A stretch of 32,000 nt of DNA from Verrucomicrobiota bacterium. GTDB lineage: Bacteria > Verrucomicrobiota > Verrucomicrobiia > Chthoniobacterales > UBA6821. Where the stretch lies: NCBI GenBank assembly GCA_008932965.1, contig WBXG01000010.1, forward strand, positions 3,898 to 35,897. The letters run 5' to 3'. Positions 26,151-32,000 of the stretch are shown here, one piece after another. The notes beneath the pieces were generated by a model. That model saw nothing but the letters and a program-made list of their open reading frames with translations, ran no database searches and was not told the origin of the DNA. Position 1 is the first letter of the stretch. Every line of letters starts with the position of its first letter. A program made the translations under genes and the position numbers.

Positions 26151-27581
26151 CTAGTAGCGATAATGCTCCGTCTTATAAGGTCCTTCGATTGGAATCTCCA
26201 AATAATCCGATTGTTCTGGAGTAAGCTTTGTCAACTTTACTCCAATTTTTTCTAGATGGAGGCGTGCCACTTCTTCATCAAGTATTTTTGGCAGAATATA
26301 AACACCTATCTTGTTCTCATGTCGATTTTTCCATAGCTCAATTTGAGCCAGTACCTGATTGCTAAAACTGTTACTCATCACAAAGCTGGGATGACCAGTA
26401 GCACAGCCGAGATTGACTAGACGTCCTTCAGCGAGAAGGAAGATTTCGTGTCCATCTGGAAATGTGTATTTATCGACCTGTGGTTTAATGTTTGTCTTTT
26501 TGATTCCAGGGAATGTGACAAGATTATCAACTTCGATTTCATTATCAAAGTGGCCAATGTTACAAACAATGGCCTGGTTTTTCATCTTTTTCATATGCTC
26601 CAGGGTGATCACTTTGAAATTCCCCGTTGTTGTTACATAAATATCTCCACGACCTAATGTCTCCTCCACGGTAGTTACTTCATATCCTTCCATCGCAGCT
26701 TGAAGAGCATTAATGGGATCGATCTCAGTAATAATCACACGTGCCCCTTGACCTCGTAGTGATTGAGCAGAACCTTTTCCTACGTCACCATAACCACAAA
26801 CAACAGCCACTTTGCCTGAGATCATGACATCAATAGCTCGATTCAGACCATCAACGAGTGAATGGCGGCATCCGTAGAGATTATCAAATTTCGTTTTTGT
26901 AACAGAATCATTGACGTTGAATGCTGGAACCAAGAGTTTTCCTTGCTCGTGAAGCTTATAAAGACGATGTACCCCTGTTGTTGTCTCTTCTGAAACACCT
27001 TTCCAATCCTTGACCATATCATGCCAGCAGGTTGGATTTTCAGTATGAATTTTTTGGAGTAAATCTTTAATGACTTGCTCTTCCTCATTGCTAGAGGGAG
27101 TCGTCACCCATGTATCTCCATTTTCAAGTTCGTAGCCTTTGTGAAGCAGCAGGGTAACATCACCACCATCATCGACAACAAGCTCAGGACCTTGGCCATG
27201 AGGATGTGAGAGGGCTTGGTAGGTACACCACCAATATTCTTCAAGAGATTCACCCTTCCATGCAAAGACAGGAACCCCAATGGCAGCCATTGCTGCAGCC
27301 GCTTGGTCTTGTGTAGAAAATATATTACAGCTAGCCCAACGAACACTTGCTCCCAATTCAATCATTGTTTCTATGAGAACAGCAGTTTGAATGGTCATGT
27401 GCAATGAGCCAGTGATACGAACGCCAGAAAGGGGCTTTGACGAAGAATATTTGTTTCTAATACTCATGAGCCCAGGCATCTCTTGCTCGGCAATAGAAAT
27501 TTCTTTGCGCCCCCAGTCTGCAAGAGAGAGGTCAGCAACTTTGAAGTCAGAAAAGGAGGTCATTGAGGTTGGAGTGTTCAT
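26151..27581 (-). CDS. ahcY: Adenosylhomocysteinase
   Basis: 476 aa with strongly conserved motifs ([36 protein letters not shown]). Confidence 0.95.
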   Translation of the reverse strand: MNTPTSMTSFSDFKVADLSLADWGRKEISIAEQEMPGLMSIRNKYSSSKPLSGVRITGSLHMTIQTAVLIETMIELGASVRWASCNIFSTQDQAAAAMAAIGVPVFAWKGESLEEYWWCTYQALSHPHGQGPELVVDDGGDVTLLLHKGYELENGDTWVTTPSSNEEEQVIKDLLQKIHTENPTCWHDMVKDWKGVSEETTTGVHRLYKLHEQGKLLVPAFNVNDSVTKTKFDNLYGCRHSLVDGLNRAIDVMISGKVAVVCGYGDVGKGSAQSLRGQGARVIITEIDPINALQAAMEGYEVTTVEETLGRGDIYVTTTGNFKVITLEHMKKMKNQAIVCNIGHFDNEIEVDNLVTFPGIKKTNIKPQVDKYTFPDGHEIFLLAEGRLVNLGCATGHPSFVMSNSFSNQVLAQIELWKNRHENKIGVYILPKILDEEVARLHLEKIGVKLTKLTPEQSDYLEIPIEGPYKTEHYRY

Positions 27582-27587
27582 AGATAA

Positions 27588-28823
27588 TTAGGCGATTTTA
27601 GAGTGAAGTGATTTAGTGATGAGAGCAGCTGCTTTTTTTAATGCAGGAACTTTATCAATGCGTTCCCAGGTAATGTTTTCAAGATCATGAATTTTTCCAA
27701 AATGACCGTAGTTGGTTGTTTTAGAATAAATCGGACGTTTGAGTTTTAAGGTTTCAATGATATGAGCAGGCTTAAAACAAAAGATTTTTTCAATAGCCAT
27801 TTTAATCACTTCCTCTGGAATTGCAGCTGTGCCGAAGGTCTCAATATGAATACTCACAGGATCTGCACATCCAATGGCATAGGCAAATTGAACTTCACAT
27901 CTCTTGGCAAAACCGGCAGCCACAACATTCTTGGCAACATAGCGTCCCATATAGGCGGCGGAGCGATCAACTTTGGTAGGATCTTTTCCAGAAAAAGCCC
28001 CTCCCCCGTGACGTCCCATTCCGCCATAACTATCAACAATAATTTTTCGGCCCGTTAATCCGGTATCACCTTGTGGACCACCAATCACAAAACGTCCTGT
28101 TGGATTGATCAGAAACTCTGTCTTCTTAGTAAGCATCGATGCTGGAATTACTTTGCGAATCACATGATTGATAATGAACTTTTCAATCTCCTGATTACTG
28201 ACATCGGAGGTATGCTGGGTTGAAACAACCACATTTACTACATGTGCCGGCACTCCGTTTTCATATTGAACGGAGACCTGTGTCTTAGCATCAGGACGAA
28301 GCCACTTTGCTTTGCCAGCCTTTCGCAAACGGGTTAACTCACGGCCTAAGCGATGTGCATACATGATTGGAGCTGGCATTAATTCTGGAGTCTCATCACA
28401 GGCATACCCAAACATGAGGCCTTGATCACCGGCTCCTTGCTCATGAACTGTTTTTCCACGGCTCTTTCGAACATCAACACCTTGAGCTATATCATCACTT
28501 TGAGAGGTAATGATGTTATTGATAAAAATTTTCTCAGCATGAAAAACATCATCATCATGAATGTAACCAATCTCACGAACGACATCGCGGACGATTTTAT
28601 TAATATTGAGAAGACTATCGATATTTTTCCCTTTGTACTTGGGTATGGTGATCTCACCACCTACAACCACAATGTTGCTCTTGGCATAAGTTTCACAAGC
28701 GACACGACTGTTAGGATCGGCTGCCAGACAGGCATCTAAAATTGCATCAGAAATAGTATCACAAACTTTGTCAGGATGCCCCTCACCAACTGATTCAGAT
28801 GAAAAAATAAAATTTTTAGACAT
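27588..28823 (-). CDS. metK: S-adenosylmethionine synthetase
   Basis: 411 aa with conserved motifs ([42 protein letters not shown]). Confidence 0.95.
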   Translation of the reverse strand: MSKNFIFSSESVGEGHPDKVCDTISDAILDACLAADPNSRVACETYAKSNIVVVGGEITIPKYKGKNIDSLLNINKIVRDVVREIGYIHDDDVFHAEKIFINNIITSQSDDIAQGVDVRKSRGKTVHEQGAGDQGLMFGYACDETPELMPAPIMYAHRLGRELTRLRKAGKAKWLRPDAKTQVSVQYENGVPAHVVNVVVSTQHTSDVSNQEIEKFIINHVIRKVIPASMLTKKTEFLINPTGRFVIGGPQGDTGLTGRKIIVDSYGGMGRHGGGAFSGKDPTKVDRSAAYMGRYVAKNVVAAGFAKRCEVQFAYAIGCADPVSIHIETFGTAAIPEEVIKMAIEKIFCFKPAHIIETLKLKRPIYSKTTNYGHFGKIHDLENITWERIDKVPALKKAAALITKSLHSKIA

Positions 28824-29065
28824 GGATTAAAGCTGCTTCGCAGAAGTGGAAGATTAAAGAATCGAATAAATGGTTTAAGTCGTTATACCAGGAACTCCTA
28901 ATTCAAGAGCTATACAATAATCATACTTGAACGCATGAACATATTCCTATATGTAAATTTGTTTATTGGCAAGAGTCATTATAAATAAATCTTTTTACTA
29001 AAATATCTATAGAACTCATAAGTGAATATATTACCCCCCCAGTCTCCTAACTAAGAATTATTATC

Positions 29066-29989
29066 ATGCCTTCGATACTTCCTATGATGCGTTTGCTTTC
29101 TGAGCCAACACGCCTACGCATTATGTTCTTATTGATGGAAGAGGAATTAACTGTTGCTGAGCTCCAAGAAATCTTAGGTATGGCTCAATCACGCATCTCG
29201 GCAAGCCTTGCTCAACTTCGACGTCAGGGGCTTGTCACAGATCGACGTGTTGGAAAAAATAGTTACTATACTGCTCTTACCTCTCATTTAGAGCCGCTTC
29301 GAAAAACCTTGAGTGTTGCTCAAAAAGAACTGCCCGAATCATCTCGAGATCAACGAGCATTGAAATTGATCTTGTATAAACGTCGTGACCGGGCTGCAGA
29401 ATATTTTGATAAATTAGCTGGAAAATTTGGTCACTCTTATGTACCTGGCCGCTCTTGGCAAGCCTTGGCACATGGATTACTTCGTCTGTTACCACCTCTT
29501 GTTATCGCCGATCTTGGGGCTGGAGAAGGAACCCTTTCTCAACTGCTGGCACGCTCTGCTAGTAAAGTCATTGCCATAGATAACTCCCCAAAAATGGTTG
29601 CGTTTGGTAAAAAAACAGCCAAACAAAATGGTTTTAAAAATCTAGAGTACCGTCTTGGTGATATTGAAAGTCCACCCATCGAGGATTCTTCAGTCGATAT
29701 TGCACTTCTTAGCCAGGCACTGCACCATGCCAGCAGCCCTCAGCAAGCCATTGATGCTGCTTTTCGCATCCTCAAACCAAAAGGAAAAATTCTTATACTC
29801 GATCTTAGCAGCCACAATTACGAGCAAGCCAAAAAACTCTATGCCCATGTCTGGCTTGGTTTTTCAAGTATCGAACTCCACGAGTTTTTAAGAAAGGCAG
29901 GTTTCGTGAATCTAGAGGTATACCCCGTAGAACGTGAACAAAAAACACCCCACTTCGAAACGATCCTTGCCATCGGTGTAAAACCATAA
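29066..29989 (+). CDS. sahR: ArsR-type HTH fused to a SAM-methyltransferase-like domain (SahR-like regulator)
   Basis: It has an N-terminal winged HTH (LSEPTRLRIMFLLMEEELTVAELQEILGMAQSRISASLAQLRRQGLV). The C-terminal class I methyltransferase fold carries motif I, IADLGAGEGT. It is divergently transcribed from metK-ahcY. Confidence 0.7.
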   Translation: MPSILPMMRLLSEPTRLRIMFLLMEEELTVAELQEILGMAQSRISASLAQLRRQGLVTDRRVGKNSYYTALTSHLEPLRKTLSVAQKELPESSRDQRALKLILYKRRDRAAEYFDKLAGKFGHSYVPGRSWQALAHGLLRLLPPLVIADLGAGEGTLSQLLARSASKVIAIDNSPKMVAFGKKTAKQNGFKNLEYRLGDIESPPIEDSSVDIALLSQALHHASSPQQAIDAAFRILKPKGKILILDLSSHNYEQAKKLYAHVWLGFSSIELHEFLRKAGFVNLEVYPVEREQKTPHFETILAIGVKP

Positions 29990-30109
29990 GAATTACAGGA
30001 GAAGATACACGGTCAGCATGAACCTTAATGCCTCAGTTAAAAAGGACCTGATTGCCCTCAACGCTTGATATCAAGAGGCATTTATTTATTGAGGTAAGAT
30101 GGTATAGGT

Positions 30110-31909
30110 TTATCTTTTTTTTCTACTATTAGTATTCGCTTGGTCTAGTCCTTCAGCTTTCATTTTTAAATCCTTTGCTTCTTCATATTTTTGCTGAATT
30201 ATTTTTTGATTAGGTTCTGGCTTTTGTGCTTCCTGAGCTGCATACCAAAGAAATTCCCCTGCTTCATTAAGGTATGTTGCTTTATTATTCTGACCTGCAG
30301 CATATGCCTCTGCAGCCCGTTGATACATGCTTGCTAACTGAGTAAACAAATCTATAATTTGAGGATTGGGATTTGGCTCTCGTGTTTCTCGAGCTACATT
30401 AAAAAGAGAATCCCCTGCATTACTAAGGCACTCTGCTTTTTTATTCAAACCTTCAGCTTCTGCCTCTGCGGCCTGTTGATGCAAGCTTGCTGACTGAGTA
30501 AACCAATCAATGCTTTGTTGATTAGGTTGTGGCTTTTGTGCCTCCATATCAGCCTCAGAAAGAGAAATCCCTGCATCATTAAGGTATCTTGCTTCATTAT
30601 TCTGATCTACAGCTTCTGCCTCTGCTGCCTGTTGATTCAAGCTTGCTAACTGAGTAAAGCAATCAATGCTTTGTTGATTAGGTTCTGGCTTTTGTGCTTC
30701 CTGAGCTGCATTAAAAAGAGCATCCCCTGCATTATAGAGGTTAACTGCTTTATTATTCTGACCTTCAGCTTTCGCCTCTACGGCCTGTTGATGCAAGCTT
30801 GCTGACTGAGTAAACCAATCAATGCTTTGTTGATTAGGTTCTGGCTTTTGTGCTTCCTGAACTGCATTATGAAGAGCCCATCCTGCATTATAGAGGTTAG
30901 CTGCTTTTGTATTCTGACCTGCAGCACTTGCCTCTACAGCCTGTTGAAAAATACCTGCTGACTGAGTAAGCCAATCAATACATTGTTGATTAGGTTCTGG
31001 CTTTTGTACTTCCTGAGCCATATTATGAAAAGTCCACCCTGCATTACAAAGGTACCCTGCTTTTTTATTCAAACCTTCAGCTTCTGCCTCTGCGGCCTGT
31101 TGATGCAAGATTGCTGACTGAGTAAACCAATCAATGCTTTGTGGCTTAGGTTCTGGCTTTTGTACTTCTAGAGCTACATTAAAAAGAGCAACCCCTGCAA
31201 TATTAAGATACTCTGCTTTTTTATTCAAACCTTCAGCTTCTGCCTCTACGGCCTGTTGAGAAGAGCTTGCTGACTGAGTATACCACTCAATTATTTGTTG
31301 ATTAGGATTTGGCTTTTGTGCTTCCTCGGCCGCATGAAAAAGAGCATTCCCTGCATTATTAAGGTATATTGCTTTATTATTCTGACCTGCAGTTTCTGCC
31401 TCTGCGGCCTGTTGATGCAAGCCTGCTATCTGATTATACCACTCAATTATTTGTTGATTAGGATTTGGCTTTTGTGCTTCCTCGGCAATTTCTTGAAACA
31501 TCACTGCTGCTCTATTTAAGAAGGACTGGCTATTACCAAGAGGAAGCAATGGAACTTGAGCGAATAGATCTTCACTTTGAGCCAGCGCTTCTTCTTTAAT
31601 GCAGAGCCATTTATTTGCTAAAAAAACGGCCTGTTGGTCTTCATGGAGCGTTTCATAAGGTGGGCGTAACACTGTGGCAGAAGCGACTCTGGCTCCAATA
31701 AGATTAGACTGATGAGTGATCGCATTAAGGAGATGTCCACTGTTAATTAACGTAGGATGATCTTCTCCCATTGGCTCAATTTGTTGGGCTATCTCTATCT
31801 CACTTTCTAGTTGTTGCGATCTCTCTTGATAAGTGGCTAGTTGGGCGTAATCGATTTCCAGTTTTTCTGCTAGTACCTCGATTTTATTGGGGCGCTCATT
31901 GAGTTTCAT
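30110..31909 (-). CDS. Tandem-repeat protein (about 8.3 x 52-aa helical-looking repeats). No signal peptide is evident.
   Basis: 599-aa ORF. The repeat consensus is roughly AQKPEPNQQSIDWFTQSASLHQQAAEAEAEGQNNKA.YLNNAG.ALFNAAQE. It has a non-repetitive ~140-aa N-terminus and a short basic tail. Confidence 0.7.
   Translation of the reverse strand: MKLNERPNKIEVLAEKLEIDYAQLATYQERSQQLESEIEIAQQIEPMGEDHPTLINSGHLLNAITHQSNLIGARVASATVLRPPYETLHEDQQAVFLANKWLCIKEEALAQSEDLFAQVPLLPLGNSQSFLNRAAVMFQEIAEEAQKPNPNQQIIEWYNQIAGLHQQAAEAETAGQNNKAIYLNNAGNALFHAAEEAQKPNPNQQIIEWYTQSASSSQQAVEAEAEGLNKKAEYLNIAGVALFNVALEVQKPEPKPQSIDWFTQSAILHQQAAEAEAEGLNKKAGYLCNAGWTFHNMAQEVQKPEPNQQCIDWLTQSAGIFQQAVEASAAGQNTKAANLYNAGWALHNAVQEAQKPEPNQQSIDWFTQSASLHQQAVEAKAEGQNNKAVNLYNAGDALFNAAQEAQKPEPNQQSIDCFTQLASLNQQAAEAEAVDQNNEARYLNDAGISLSEADMEAQKPQPNQQSIDWFTQSASLHQQAAEAEAEGLNKKAECLSNAGDSLFNVARETREPNPNPQIIDLFTQLASMYQRAAEAYAAGQNNKATYLNEAGEFLWYAAQEAQKPEPNQKIIQQKYEEAKDLKMKAEGLDQANTNSRKKR
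30190..31500 (-). repeat. 156-bp tandem coding repeat array inside the 30110..31909 CDS
   Basis: The motif TTGTTGATTAGGTTCTGGCTTTTGT, or close variants of it, recurs in phase at 30203, 30359, 30515, 30671, 30827, 30983, 31139, 31295 and 31451. The period is exactly 156 bp. Confidence 0.9.
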
Positions 31910-32000
31910 CGCTACTGAAATTCTAGATAGGCGTTGAAGTGATTCTATTTTAGGATCAGGAGAGGTTGGACTATTTGCAAGATGAGTGATTATTGAATAC

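Noticed and set aside
28824-29065. A SAM riboswitch upstream of metK.
   Set aside because: The leader is AT-rich and lacks the GC-rich paired helices and conserved core expected of SAM-I/II/IV-type aptamers when read on the minus strand. A protein regulator (SahR-like) is encoded next door instead. This rests on visual inspection only, without a covariance-model scan.
30063-30074. A perfect 12-bp palindrome CTTGATATCAAG nested within AATGCCTC...GAGGCATT, between the convergent sahR-like and repeat-protein genes.
   Set aside because: It is most simply a bidirectional terminator-like hairpin followed by a T-rich tract. It occurs once and has no nearby gene start to regulate.

Overview
This is an AT-rich bacterial chromosomal window, roughly 40% GC by hand sampling. 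It is densely packed with ordinary housekeeping genes on both strands: a GT-C glycosyltransferase (partial), recR, a membrane class III nucleotidyl cyclase, UDP-glucuronate decarboxylase, a PilM/PilN-like assembly protein, a CYTH protein, an ABC-F ATPase, an LMW phosphatase, nuoA, hemW, a DxD glycosyltransferase, a deoxyhypusine-synthase-like gene, sufC-sufB-sufD, a phosphohexomutase, an L,D-transpeptidase, a sugar nucleotidyltransferase, ahcY-metK with a divergent SahR-like regulator, tRNA-Ser(CGA), tRNA-Leu(UAA) and a large tandem-repeat protein. No defence island, prophage, integrase or transposase gene is visible. The unusual content is non-genic. (1) Six copies of a GC-rich (about 55%) palindromic MITE-like element family are present. 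They have roughly 20-nt terminal inverted repeats (CCCGGATATTTCATACTGAT) and 4-bp YTAR-type target duplications (TTAA, CTAG). There is a 266-bp long form (2 copies), a 174-177-bp short form (3 copies) and one truncated copy. Two copies sit in frame inside the PilM/PilN-like ORF. Three copies supply an identical PDISY-stop C-terminus to unrelated genes, and one is inserted exactly on a stop codon. The internal stems stay complementary between copies even though the arm sequences differ. (2) A 138-139-bp tandem repeat (2.25 copies) lies immediately upstream of tRNA-Ser and looks like decayed tRNA-Ser copies. (3) A 599-aa protein is built from nine phase-locked 156-bp (52-aa) repeats. All alignments were done by eye, and no database search was possible.
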